From the NCBI RefSeq assembly GCF_964194155.1, contig NC_135885.1, forward strand, positions 39,928,001-39,992,000: a stretch of DNA of 64,000 bases. Direction: 5' to 3'. The position numbers and the translations under genes were made by a program. Origin of the DNA: Cetorhinus maximus. Lineage: Eukaryota. Shown here piece by piece: positions 25,936 to 38,339 of the stretch (the stretch's first letter is position 1; every line of letters starts with the position of its first letter). The notes under the pieces are model-generated. The model did not search any database. It was not told where the DNA came from and saw only the letters and a program-made list of their open reading frames with translations.

Positions 25936-26402
25936 AAACTGTTTTTTCTTGAAAGTGCTTGCTACCTAAAATTATACATATAAACTAAGACACACCATTG
26001 TTTTAGTTGATATTTCATAATAATAGTAGTGATTATTACATGGACATGAGATGCACAAGATATCTACATGTCAGTGTCCTGCCATTTGCATTGTAGAACA
26101 GTAAGGCATGGATTCAAATCATTATTATGTACATAGTTTTATCTTATGTGATTTGGTGGAAAGCTGCCAAGTGGAACCCGGGCATTTTAACTTCTTGAGG
26201 AGTAGTGTAAAGCTGAAGAAAGAGAAATTAGAGTCTGCCACTCAAAGTTGTTACCCAGTCTGTTCTCAAAAAAAATGTCTGTAGATTGTATACGTGTTAT
26301 TACCTAGTGGGGATTGTATAGAAGTGAAAGCCTTGAAAATGGAGAGAGAAGATATTTTTCATGATTTTGTTTCTCACCAAAGTTTTTCTTGAATATCCTT
26401 AG

Positions 26403-26455
26403 GTCAAAGGAACCGTGAAAAGACTGGAGAGAGCAATTGTTGTGTGATTCTGTAA
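26403..26455 (+). CDS. UBL3: UBL3 last coding exon (53 bp): (G)QRNREKTGESNCCVIL*, CAAX prenylation box
   Basis: AG at 26401-26402; TAA at 26453-26455; C-terminus matches vertebrate UBL3 as recalled. Confidence 0.97.
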
Positions 26456-26669
26456 ATACTTCCACTAACTGTTTACCGTGATGTAATATAGTCCTTGTCA
26501 TTCATGCTGCTGGTATAGAAGAGAAGTAACGTTGCTTCAAGGATCTTTTTTAAAAACAAACCTGATTGTTCATGAAAACAATATTAAAAACTGGAGCATT
26601 ACTGTTTTGATTTATTTTAAAGCTGTTCTCTGTTGTAATGTTAATTTGTTTTTCATTTTCTAAGAGGTA

Positions 26670-26785
26670 TTTTTTGTTTTTATTCATTTATGGGATGTGC
26701 TGTCGCTGGCTCAGCCAATGTTTATTGCCTATCCCTAATTGCCCTTGAGGGTGGTGGTGAGCTGCCTTCTTGAACCACTGCAGCC
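26670..26785 (-). mobile_element. LINE-2nd family extreme 3' end inside the UBL3 3' UTR
   Basis: 'tattcatttatgggatgtg...tttattgcctatccctaattgcccttgag...gctgccttcttgaaccactgcag'. Confidence 0.85.
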
Positions 26786-28204
26786 CCTGTATTCCTTCGA
26801 TCGTTTCTGTATTTATTTCTATATACAGACAGGCAAAATTAAACGGAAGAATTTCACACACGATTCCATTCTGTTATCACTGTGCTTTGTAGAGCTGAAA
26901 GGAGTACATCATGCTTTTTTTAAAAATGGTCTTTTTTTAAACCCAGCCACTTCGTGGAGGAAAGTTGCACTGTTAAGTACAGTGTCAATGTTGCTTTGTT
27001 TAACCAGATGATGAAGCCAGAATTACTAAAAGATGAAATTACATTAAACTCTTGGTAGATAATTGTGAAATGATGTTTGTTCTTCTAACCCACAATGATC
27101 TCTTGCAATTTCCATAGCCATTAAAGTACGAATATGTCTGCTGTTAAAAAATAAAGTGGACGTGCCTGTATTTTGATGAGAGTTTGTAGATTTAATTTCA
27201 AGATTCTCTTTCTCTTTATGCACTGTTTTGACGTGGCATTACCTGCATCAGCTTAATTTGTTGTACCAAGTGAATCCTGCAGCATACACCAGTGCATTTT
27301 GTAGCCTTAATGAGAGAGGGGAAAGTTTTGTTGAAGCATTTTTCTCACTGCTGTGTACCATTTACTGTATTTGTGGTAGGAAGTCTGATTAATCATCTCA
27401 CCTGTTTTTAATCTCATAACCTTACTCTTGACTATTGGGCTTATTTTTAACCTAATACAAATTTAAAATCTAATGTGAGGAATTCACTCATTAAGCATTA
27501 GCACATTATGCTCTTTTCCTGTACCATGATTAACTATTTTATTACTTATCATAAATTGCTTTTCTGTATTAAGTGCTTGCAATTGTACAAAAGATAGGGA
27601 AACCAAATTATCAGAAGGACCTAATTTGTTGTGTAGGTTGGCCTTCCCTTTCCTTTTGTATAAATTACAGATGATATGCTAATTAAAACCTAGAGAAATT
27701 TTGCACAGCACTGAAGCATGAGCTACTTTCATCTGAACCTGTAAAAAAAAAAGTTTTTATATTTTTCAGTGGGGGGGGGGTTTCTTCCCAGCTGAATTAC
27801 AGATGTGTAGAATATATTTAATAAGAATCTTATACAGTACATGAGTATAGAACTTATTAACAAGTATAGATTTGCTTGTAGCATAATAGAATATACCATG
27901 TAAGTAACATTAGCAACTTTAAAAAGTCGCAGGTTGACATTGTGTTCTGTATCTAATAAAAGCATCTGCCCAGATTGAGCTCAATGGTATATGTCATAGT
28001 TAGGTGGACATGATATACCCAGTAATGTTTTTTCTTTTACCTGTGTTTATTGCTTTTAAAATGCTTTACATGCTATAGTTCTTACGAAATATTGTTCATA
28101 TTGATCAGGATCAAATTTGTATAGAGCTGAGTTTTGCAATGATTGTAAATATCACTGAACATTTTCTTTCTGCAACCTGTACTGATAGATACTTCTGTAA
28201 ACTA

Positions 28205-28210
28205 AATAAA
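28205..28210 (+). promoter_or_regulatory. Candidate distal polyadenylation signal AATAAA
   Basis: Preceded by several TGTA motifs; last AATAAA of the AT-rich block. Confidence 0.5.
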
Positions 28211-28764
28211 AGAATATTGCAGTTCATGCTGTGAATCTCACTGGGTATTATTTCCATGGATACACTAGTAGATATATTTTAGATAAGCTGCTTTCAAAAA
28301 GTTCTAAGAAAAATCTAACTTGATTTTTTGCCAGCTTATTGACTTGTTTACAATTTTGAGAATTTATATGCTTAAGATGTCACTGTTGACAGATTAAATA
28401 ATTTTACACTGTTACAAAGCAACTACAGACAGATACACAGTAAAGGTCCACATTCCACCCCTACTGTACCACTGTAAAATGCCTTATCCTCAACTTCTCA
28501 ATGCCACCCGTTCAACCCATTCCAACTTTGTGGCCTTTTCATTTCTTTTATCAGTTATCCTTGATGATTCCTTCACCACGTAGTGCCATGCCCATAAATA
28601 TATAGATTACTCAGAGTTATTTCACATTATTCCAGATTCATTTTACTCATGAGCACACTCCCATTAGGCTGTTTATAGCAGAATGCCAATGTCTTTTTCT
28701 GTCCTAACAATCCTAGTTGTTCTGGATTATTAATCAATACAGAATATAATTTGTTTTTGATTGA

Positions 28765-29015
28765 TGAGACCATTAATGACATACTATGTGATTGTCACCA
28801 AAGTGAACTATCCCTCCTAATCCTTTTCGATCTGTCTGCAGCCATTGACAGGGTTGACCACGCCATCTTCCTCCAACGCCTCACCTCTGTCAAGCTGCTA
28901 GGTGGGACTGCCTCTGCCTGGTTCAATTCTTATCTTTTTGGTTTCATTTAAAGAATCACGTTGAAGCGGTTTCCCTTCCCAGTGCAGCACCATTGCTTCT
29001 GGAGTCCCCCAAGGG
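28765..29015 (+). mobile_element. L2-type LINE RT fragment
   Basis: LLILFDLSAAIDRVDHAIFLQRL and SGVPQG motifs. Confidence 0.8.
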
Positions 29016-29204
29016 TCTAGGAACCTAAGAAATGGGAACAGGAATCGGCCCCTAGAGCCTGCTCCACCATTTACTAAGATCATAGCTAAACTTCTGCTTG
29101 AACTTTACTTTCCTGCCCTATCCCTTGATTTGCCATACCCAGAAATCTTATTAATATCAAACTTGAATATACATATCAATTGAGCATCCACAATTCCCTG
29201 GTGG

Positions 29205-29505
29205 TGTTTTACAGTTCACTCGGAGTCTGAGTTGCTGTGGCAACGTGCATTTTCACATGCATGTCGTAGTCTGGAGCTACGGATGGTGACGCTTGATGCT
29301 CCAATGTTCTTTCCCTCACATAGCTGACTAGGAATTTCTCCCGCCCTTACCTGTAATTGGTGTGCAGAAGGATGTGCAGGTTGATAATCAAGCTGTTTGG
29401 CCACATTATTAATGCACATTTTTTAGCCATCACTTCCTGGGCTGGGACTCGAACCTTAAGCTTTGGGTTCAGAGGAAGGGACATATTTACTGCACCACAA
29501 GACCT
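29205..29505 (-). mobile_element. tRNA-derived SINE nested in a CR1 3' end
   Basis: Minus strand starts aggtcttgtggtgcagta...ggttcgagtcccagc (A/B boxes); CR1 text on both flanks. Confidence 0.6.
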
Positions 29506-29580
29506 CCCTCTCTGGGGTAGAGAAGTCCAAACATTCATATCCTGTGAATGAAGGCATTCCTCATCTCAGTCTGAGAATAT

Positions 29581-30773
29581 GGGCAGAATCATCCCAGATT
29601 TGCACTAAGTGCGGTAGCAGGCGGGTAAAATGACATTTAACCTGCCGGTCACGATGGCGGATTTTCACGCCGTATCGTCCAAACTGCTTTTCCATGGATA
29701 CACGCTGCTTCTATGATGGGAGGGATCTCATTTGCCCACCAGGCCATCACCTCGCTGCTTCATCATGCTGGGTGCCATATTTAAACTCCAGCCACGCGCT
29801 CACATCTCAGTACTTCCAGCCCATGACTACTGCAGGGAAGATGTCCATGAAAGGAAAAAAGATTGCAGCCCCCAAGTTTAATGACATGTCACCAGAATGC
29901 TATTTGGAAGCTGTGGAGGCTCGCTGTGATGTCCTCTATCCCTGCTCTGGCCGCAAGACGGGCAGCGGCATCATCAATCCAGCATAGCAGCCAGTGGCAG
30001 GGGTGGTCAGTGCCGGCCATCCAGTGCAGACAGAGGATGAATGATCTCATCTGTGCAGCCAGGGCATGGCAACCATCTCATCACTAAACTCACACACTCA
30101 AGCCCATTGCACATTTACTGGCATCTCACTCACTGTCAGCTCAAGGGACATCACCAGCCCTTCACATACACACACCCTCACGTGTCCTCTGCCCTCACCT
30201 ATTCTTGAGGTCACTTGCACAGATCAACATGTGCCTCCACACACCCTGGGATACCCTCCTTCCCCAGTACTGCTCTCGTCCTGCAGCCTCTTCCCTTGCC
30301 TGAGGCCACTTCTCCTCCTTCCCCAAGCAAGATCTTGCCCTGCAGCTGTTAAAAAGCTACCCACGTATGGCTGATCTGGTAGGTAGAGACCTACCCATGA
30401 GCCCCCCCTAAAAGTGATGTGGTGCTATCTGTGAAGCCTGGCACTGATGACCGCGAGCGCTGACTAAAGCAAGGCAGGCAAACCAGCCTTGAAGTCCCGA
30501 ACGAAGTGCAGCCCACTAGGTGCACGTTGCTTATGTGCTGCTGTGAAACACGTGGGCGGAAGATTCTGATGGGCTGGCCTCATAATGATATGCTAACGTA
30601 TTACAATGAGGCTCCCGACGTCTGATGGTGGGAAATACAGCCTGCTATTGGCGGGCTGAGCGGACGATTGCAAACTGGTTTCACGATGTCATGAAAGTGA
30701 TTTTTGGCCTTCTCGCCACATTGCTCACGCCACCGAACATGCCCGATGCTGGTGGGCACAGAAAATCCTGGCC
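29581..30773 (+). mobile_element. PIF/Harbinger-derived element with decayed Myb/SANT-like gene exon (~29840-30065)
   Basis: AAPKFND...LEAVEARCDVLYP...AIQCRQRMNDL; imperfect termini GGGCAGAATC / GAAAATCCTGGCC; CR1 resumes on both sides. Confidence 0.7.
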
Positions 30774-30774
30774 A

Positions 30775-33700
30775 ATGACTCTCCCCCTCCTGCAGTTCCA
30801 GTCTCTACAGTCAGGGGAAACAACCTCTCAGCACCCACCCTTTCAAACTCTCTAAGAATGAGATCACCACTCATTCTTCTAGACACCTGAGAATAAACGT
30901 ATTCAACTCAATCTCTCATCCTCTCCTCTCTCTCACCCCTCTCATCTCAGGAATCAACCTAGTAAAACATTGTTGCACCCCCTTTAAGACAAATATATCA
31001 TTCCTTAGGCAAAGAGATCAAAACTGTCCACAGTACATTCCAGGCATCGCCCACCAAAACCAAAAATAATTGCAGTACAACTTCCTTACTCTTGTACACT
31101 AACCTTCTTACAATAAAGGCTAATATACCATTTGCTTCCCTAATTGCTAGCTGTACTTGAATGTTAGCTTCCAGTGATTTGTGTACAAGGACACCCAAAA
31201 GCCTCTTAAGATAACCATTTACTAATGTCTCACCTGGTTTAAATAAATTCTGCTTTTCCATTCTTCCTACCAAAGAGGATTATTTCACACCCCTCTACAT
31301 TATACTCAATCTGCCATTTTCTTACCACTCACTTAATTCCTTTGCAACATCTCTGCATCATCTTCCGCTTACTTTCCCACCTCACTTTGTATTGTCAGCA
31401 CACTTGGATATATTACACTCTGGCCCTTCATCCAAGTCATTGATATAGATTGAGGAAAAGAGTTCCAAAGACTCTCGACCCTCTGAGAGAAAAGTTTCAC
31501 CTCATTTCTGTCTTAACTGAGCAACCCCTTATTTTTAAACTGAGCCCTAGTTCTAAATTCTCCCAGAAGAGGAAACATCCTCTCCACATCCACCCAGTCA
31601 AGATCCCTCAGGATCTCTTACTCTTCTAAATTTCAGTGGATACAAGCCTAACCTGTCCAACCTTTCCTCTTAAGACAACCCGCCCATTCCAGGTATTAGC
31701 CTAGTAAACCTCTAAACTGCTTCTAACACATTTACATCTTTCCTAAATAAGGAGACCAACACTGTACACAGTATTCCAGATGTAGTCTCCCCAATGCCCT
31801 GTATAACTGAAGCATAATCTTCCTACTTTTGTGTTAAATTCCCCTCACAAATTATAGCATTCTATTAGTTTTCATAATTACTTGCTGTACCTGCATAGTA
31901 ATCTTTTGTGCTTCATGCACGAGGACACCTATATCCCTCTGTATCTTAGAGCTCTCTTATAATTTAGATAATATATGCTTTTTTATTATTCTTGCCAAAA
32001 TGGACAATTTCACATTTTCCCACATTATACTCCATTTGCCAGATCTTTGCCCACTCACTTTCTATGGGGCCAACATGCACTTTGTTAACTCTTTTCTTTT
32101 TTAACTATCCATAGAAACTCTTACTATCTGTCTTTGTATTTCTAGCTAGCTTTAATTTTTCCTTCCTTATTTACCTTGGAGTCATTCTTTGCTTTTTTTA
32201 AATATTCTGTCTAACATTCTGATCTTCTACCCGTCCTTATGCAATTATCTATATCCCTTTGTAGCCTCCTTATGTCCTCTTCACAACTTAGTTTTCTACC
32301 TATCTTTGTGTCGCCAGCAAATTTAGCAACCATACCTTTGGTCCCTCCATCCAAGTCAGTTATACAAATTCTAAAAAGCTGAGGCCCCAGCACTGATCCC
32401 TGTGGCACACCACTCGTTGCATCTTGCCAACCAGAAAATTACCCATTTATGCCTACTCTGTTTCCTGTTAGCCAGCAACTCTTCTTTCCATGCCAATATG
32501 TTAACCTCTTCACCATGAGCTTTTATTTTCTGCAATAACCTTTGATGTGGCACCTTATCAAATGCCTTCTGGAAATCTAAGTACAGTACATCCACCAGTT
32601 CCACTTTATCCACAGCACATGTTACTTCTTCAAAGAACTCCAATAAATTGGTGAAACATGATGTCCCTTTCACAAAACCATGTTGATTCTGCCTGATTAC
32701 CTTGAATTTTTCCAAGTGCCCTGCTATAATATCTTTAGTCATAGCTTCTAACATTTTCCCTATGACAGATGTTAAAGCTGTAGTTTCCTGCTTTCTGTCT
32801 CCCCACTTTTTTTTTAAATAAAGGAGTTACATTTGTTATTTTCCAATCTAATAGAACCTTCCCTGAATCTAGGGAATTTTGGAAAATTAAAAGCAATGCA
32901 TCAACTATCTCCCTAGCCACTTTAAAGACCCTAGGATGAAGTCCATCAGGACCCAGGGACTTGTCAGCCTGTAGCTCCAACAATTTGCTCAGTGCCACTT
33001 CCCTGATGATTGTAATTTTCTTGAGTTCTTCCTTTCCATTTCCTGATTTACAGCTATTTCTGGGATGTTACTTGTATCCATTATGGTGAAGACTGATGCA
33101 ATTCATCTGACATCTCCTTATTTTCCATTATTAATTCCCTGGACTCACTTTTTATAGGGCCAACATTCACTTTGTTAACACTTCTCTTTTTTAACTATCC
33201 ATAGAAATTCTTACTTTGTATTTCTAGCTACCTCCCCCTCGTACTCTAATTTTTCCTTCCTTATTTATCTTTGAGTCATTCTTTGTTGTTTTTATTATAT
33301 TCTGTCCAACATTCTGACCTGCCACCTGTCCTTGTGCAATTATATGCTTTTTTCTTTAAGTTAAGTTCTTTAAGTTTGATACTAGCTTTAAATTTTTTAG
33401 TTAATCACGGATGGTGGGTCCTCCCCTTGGAATTTTTCTTTCTCGTTGGAATGTATCTATTCTTTGTATTCTGAAATATCCCCTTAAATGTCTGCCACTG
33501 CATCTTTATTGACCTACCCCTTAATCTAATTTGCAGTTCTCTTTAGCTAGCTGTACTTTCATGCCCTCGTAATTGCCCCTATTTAAGTTTAAAATACTAG
33601 TCTTAGACCCACTCTTCTCTCCTCAAACTGAGTGTAAAATTCAATCATATTATTATTGCTGCTACCTTGGGGCACCTTCACTTTGAGGTCACTAATTAAT

Positions 33701-34230
33701 CCTATCTTGTGGCACAATGGAAGGTCTAGTATAGCCTGCTCTCTGGTTGGCTCCAGAATGTGCTGTTCTAAGAAACTATCCCGAAAACATTCTATGACCT
33801 CCTCATCTAGGCTACCTTTGTCCAACTGATTTTTCCAGTCTATATGTAGATTAAAATCCCCCATGATTATCACCATACCTCTGACAAGTTCCCATTATTT
33901 ATTCCTTTATACTCTGTCCTACTGTGAGCCATTATTCATGAGCCATAGTCATGTTTAATAATCATAATCATGTTTAATAACCCCTTGAATGGCACCTTAT
34001 CAAATCTCTTCTGAAAATCCAAGTACACAACACTGGTTCTCTTTTATCTACCCTCAAAAAGCTCTAATAGATTTGTCAAACACAATTTCCCTTTCTAAAA
34101 ACTGTTAGCTCTGCCTCACCATATTGTGATTTTCCAAGAGCCCTGTAAGCATACCTTTAATAATAGATTCCAGCATTTCCCTACCAGTGATGTCAGGCTA
34201 ACTGACCTATAGTTTCCTGTTTTCTCTTCT
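30775..34230 (-). mobile_element. Stacked CR1 LINE fragments; the longest (~31450-33920) spans APE endonuclease to 3' end
   Basis: MGDFNLHIDW, PTREQAILDL, GPDGLHPRV, YLDFQKAFDKVPH, PQGSVLGP motifs. Confidence 0.9.
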
Positions 34231-34259
34231 TGCCCACCACCCTTCCCAACCCCATTTCT

Positions 34260-35235
34260 CTTCTGCATTCTTCCCCTCATTGACATCATCAGTAAACCAT
34301 TTCTGGTTCTACATGTATGCTGACGACACCCAGCTGTACCACTCCACTATTTTGATCCCTCCACTCACTCTGAATTGTCTGTGCTTATCTAACATCCAGT
34401 CCTGCATGAGCAGACCTAAATCCTCCAACTAAGTATTAGGAAGACAGAGCACAAAATCCATTCTGCAGCCACCAATCCCATCCTCCCCCCGGTTACTGTC
34501 TGAGGCTAAACCAGGCTATTCACCAGGTTGGTGTCACATTTGACCTTGAGATGAGCTCCCAACCACACATCTGCTCTACCTAACACCCATCCATCATTTT
34601 CTTACCTCTGGACTTGACTATCTCAATGCTCTCTTGGCTGGCCTCCCACCTTCCACACTCTATAAACTTGGAACTCAGTCAAAGGTCTATTGCCTGTACT
34701 CTAATTCACACTGTCCTATTCACTTGTTACCCTGTGCTTGCTTACCTACATCAGCTACCCATTCTGGCAATACCTCAATTTGAACAATCTTGTTTACAAT
34801 TCCTACATGACCTCACCTCTCCCTATCTCTTAGCAATGTGCTTGAATCTTAGATGCCCTCTGAACAAGGGCAATTGGGGGATGGGCAATAAATGCTGGCC
34901 TCGCCAGTGATGCCTACATCCTAGGAATTAATTTTAAAAAACTCTAACCTCTAGCCCTACAACCCCCTGAGATCTTTGTGTTCCTCCGATTTTGGCCAAC
35001 GCACATTCCAATTTTAAATAGGCCACCATTAGCAACTTTGCCTTCAGCTGCCTGAGCCCTAGGTTGTGGAATTCCTTCCATGATCCTTTAAAAACTACCT
35101 TGTGACCAAGCTTTTGGTCATCTATCCTCATGTCTCCTTATGTGGCTCAGTGTCAAATTTTGTTTGACCCCCCTGGGAAGCACCTTAGGATGTTTTACTA
35201 TGTTGAAGGTGCTTTATGAATGCAAGTTGTTACTT
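34260..35235 (+). mobile_element. L2-type LINE 3' fragment (with a short SINE/LINE tail insert at ~34845-34930)
   Basis: MYADDTQLY at 34314; L2 tail 'gaagcaccttaggatgttttactatgttgaaggtgctttatgaatgcaagttg'. Confidence 0.8.
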
Positions 35236-35419
35236 AATAAGAGATTCAAACTTTTAGAACTCTCTAAACACACGGTTCCACCCGATTAAAAAGAGAAATA
35301 GCCATCCTATGGAGGTGTTGACCAAGAAGGTTTCAGTGGCACACAGTTTCCATAAATCAGCATGTAAAAGAATGGTTATATGACAGTAGCGACTGATTTC
35401 AACACATATTCACAGACCA

Positions 35420-35680
35420 GAGTTCTGGACACTCCCATTAGTGGAAAGGTCATCTCCACCTCCTTAAACCCCTTCATAATTTTGAAGACCTCTACTAGGT
35501 CACCTCGTTTTTTCTCTGGAGAAAAGAGACCCATCCTGTTTAGTCTTTCCTGATAGTTGTACCTTCCGATATCATCCTTGTAAATATGTTTTGCCTTTTC
35601 CCAGTGCCTCCATATCCTATTTGTAGTATGCAGACCAGAACTGTGCACAATATTAAGTGTAGCATAACCATAGTTTGGTT
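35420..35680 (-). mobile_element. CR1 fragment
   Basis: YQERLNRMGLFSPEKKRGDLVEVFKIMKG. Confidence 0.8.
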
Positions 35681-35953
35681 AGAAACCAAGTAATGTCACC
35701 CCTGCCTACTTAAACTGCACAAAAAGCAATCCACCCCACTCATCAACAACATGAAAATATTGTTTCCATTTGTAATGCCTATTCAATGAGGTAAGAATTT
35801 GAGCACACATCCCACCCTGATTTCGGAACAGGTGCTTGTGTTTCACTCTTGGTCTCTTAAATAGTACTTCTAAACCAATTTGAATTTCATTTCTCCCCAT
35901 TTTCCTTGCTAAAGCCAGACTAACCAACTGTCCATATTACTGAAAAAAGAGAC

Positions 35954-35989
35954 ATGTCAAAGCTTTTCATCATGCACTCATCAGGACAT
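35954..35989 (-). ncRNA. Minimal type-I hammerhead ribozyme motif (family B), core intact
   Basis: Reverse complement ATGTC-CTGATGA-GT gcatg AT-GAAA-AGCT-TT-GACAT: stem I ATGTC/GACAT, CUGAUGA and GAAA cores, palindromic AAGCTT stem III. Confidence 0.7.
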
Positions 35990-36087
35990 TCGCAAGAATA
36001 CCAATATAGGGGGGGAAACAATCATTTATATTGTATACTTCACAAACAGTATAAATTGTTGTTTTCCCCTCATATTGGTGTTCTTTC

Positions 36088-36123
36088 GTGTCCTGATGAG
36101 TGCAAAACAAAAAGCTTCGACAT
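36088..36123 (+). ncRNA. Hammerhead motif (family B), GAAA mutated to AAAA
   Basis: GTGTC-CTGATGA-GT gcaaa AC-AAAA-AGCT-TC-GACAT. Confidence 0.6.
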
Positions 36124-36958
36124 GTCTCTTTCTTCGGCAATACTCATGTTCTGTACTACCGGACGATTATCTGTCCCTAGATCATTGCCAAGTGCGTTTC
36201 CAAAATATAACCTCTGATTCTAAAACCTCCTTATTCTTCAAAAATGAATATCTGTCTCTGATTCTCTTTCAAGCACCTCATCTTCTTCCAAACCTCTCAC
36301 CTTTCCTTTAGAATCCCCATTCTCTATCATACCATCCATAGTACCCTCTCTCTTTTCCACCCTCAAAGTCCACTTACGCACTGAGTGATGTCTCATTGTC
36401 AGTTATTTCAATCTCCATCTCAACTTGTCTTCCCCTGATTTCTCTTCCCTCCTGAATTTCTTAAACCTCTCCCTCTGTTAAGCTCCCCTACCATTTCCAC
36501 AGCCTCTCCTTCGACCTTATCATCTCCTGTGGCCTCTCTAAATCAATGATCTTGATCACAGATGAGGACCTTTCCAATCGCATCCTTAACGGCCTTACCA
36601 CCCACATCTTAGCTACTTCAACCCCATTTCTTTCTGCACCCACCTTGAAATAACTCTCCAACCACCCCACCCACCTTCACCTCGTGCTCCCCAGAGGATG
36701 GCATCGGAGGCCAGGGGTGTGTGTGTTGGAGGTCAAAACTGATGGCCCTCACCTCGTCTTCCCGGTAGTTAATTGGAAATTTATTTTAGCTCATATAGGA
36801 TTAGATGTCAGGAAAGCAATCTGAAACACAGGCAGTAGAATGAGGTTGAGAGAGGTGGTGGTGAAGTAGAGATGGGTATCATCAGAATATATGTGGAACC
36901 TGGTGTCTTCGGATTATATCTATGGAACACTAATGTAGCATAATGCGTTAATAGAACA

Positions 36959-37171
36959 GTTATGGTAATGAGTTAGTGATGTATATCATGGTGTGACAGG
37001 ACATCAGCAGTCATGGGCTAGAGACTCTGTAGAGCAGATGGAACAGTCTGTACTCATGCGAGACATACCGACCCTGTAACCTATCTTACATCTAGTGTTA
37101 ATAAAGCAGTTTGAAGTAACTGCCTGAGTCAGACCAAGATAAGATAGACTACACAACCAACATACAAAACA
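36959..37171 (+). mobile_element. Possible short solo LTR
   Basis: GTTATG...AATAAA...AAACA layout like 40945-41191; no clear TSD. Confidence 0.4.
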
Positions 37172-37174
37172 ACT

Positions 37175-37945
37175 AAGAATCCTTACCCTCCCCAACCTCT
37201 CTGCAGCCTTTACTACAACTGACCATACCATTATTCTCCAACACCTCTCTGTTGTCAGGTTTGGTGGGACTGAGAACAGTTCACTCTTAACTATCCAATG
37301 GTAGCAAGAGTATTTCCAACAATGGCTTCTAGGCTCTCCACCGTTTTCCCTGGAGTCCCCCAGTGATTTATCATTGATCCCCTTCTCTCCCTCACCTACA
37401 TGCTGCTCCTTCATAACATCAGCCAAACACATTGGGTCAGCTTCCTCTTTTATACTGATGTTGTCCTTTCCACCATTTCTGTTGACCTCTCAGCTGTTGT
37501 CCAGTCTCAGATGAGCATCAATATTCTTGACACCAGTTCCATTATCCTCCAAGCCACCGTCTCAGTTTGAACCAGATTGTTTGCAAACTCAGTATCTTAC
37601 CTAGCCTTGATCTGAGCTTCTAACCCCGAATCCACTCTGTCACACAAACAACTTGCTTCCACCTCTGTGGCATCCACATCTGCCTCAGCCTGAGGCCCTC
37701 ATCGCACGTTACCTCCAAATTGGAATATGGCAGTGCTTTCCCGGCCAGCTTCCCGTCGTCCATAAATCTCAGCTTGTTCAAAACATTGCTCACTGTGTAA
37801 CATAGCAAGCCAAGTACCACTTGCCAATCACTACTGTCATTGCTGGCATACATTGGCTCCCAGTTCCCTATTGCCTCTGATTTAAACTTGACATCCCTAT
37901 ATTTAAATACCTTTGTGACCTCACCTGCCTATCTCTAACTTCCAC
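37175..37945 (+). mobile_element. Decayed L2-type LINE
   Basis: ctctctgcagccttt, ggagtcccccag, tatactgatg RT-motif remnants. Confidence 0.65.
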
Positions 37946-37949
37946 CCCC

Positions 37950-38310
37950 CAATATTTTTTTTAATTCTTTCATGGGATCTGGGCATTCAAGGCCAGCATC
38001 TGTTGCCCATTCCTAATTGCTCTTGAGCTGAGTAACTTGCTAGGCCATCTCAGAGGGCAGCTAAAAGTCAACCACATTGCTGTGGGGCTGTACTCACCAG
38101 TAGGTCAGACAAGTAAACCAGATGGGTTTTTACAGCAAACAATGAGTTGCATGGTCACCATTATAGGGATTGGCTTTCAATTCCAGATTTTATTAATTAA
38201 ATCTAATTTGCACTAGCTACTATGGTGAGATTTGAATCTTTATCACCAGGCTTATTACCTGGGATCTGGAATTCTAGTCTAGTGATAATACCACTGAGCC
38301 ACCATCTCCT
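37950..38310 (-). mobile_element. tRNA-derived SINE, same family as 23826-24330
   Basis: Reverse-complement similarity across head, body and tail. Confidence 0.75.
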
Positions 38311-38339
38311 TTGAAATTCCTCCTCTGTTCCTCTCACTT

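Larger units (their letters stand above)
26456..28230 (+). other. UBL3: Probable UBL3 3' UTR
   Basis: AT-rich, almost TE-free stretch after the stop; AATAAA at 27150, 27955 and 28205; end inferred. Confidence 0.65.
35935..36168. mobile_element. Family-B fold-back mini-element with a hammerhead motif on each strand
   Basis: Inverted arms ~35935-36034 and ~36046-36142 plus a short tail. Confidence 0.8.
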
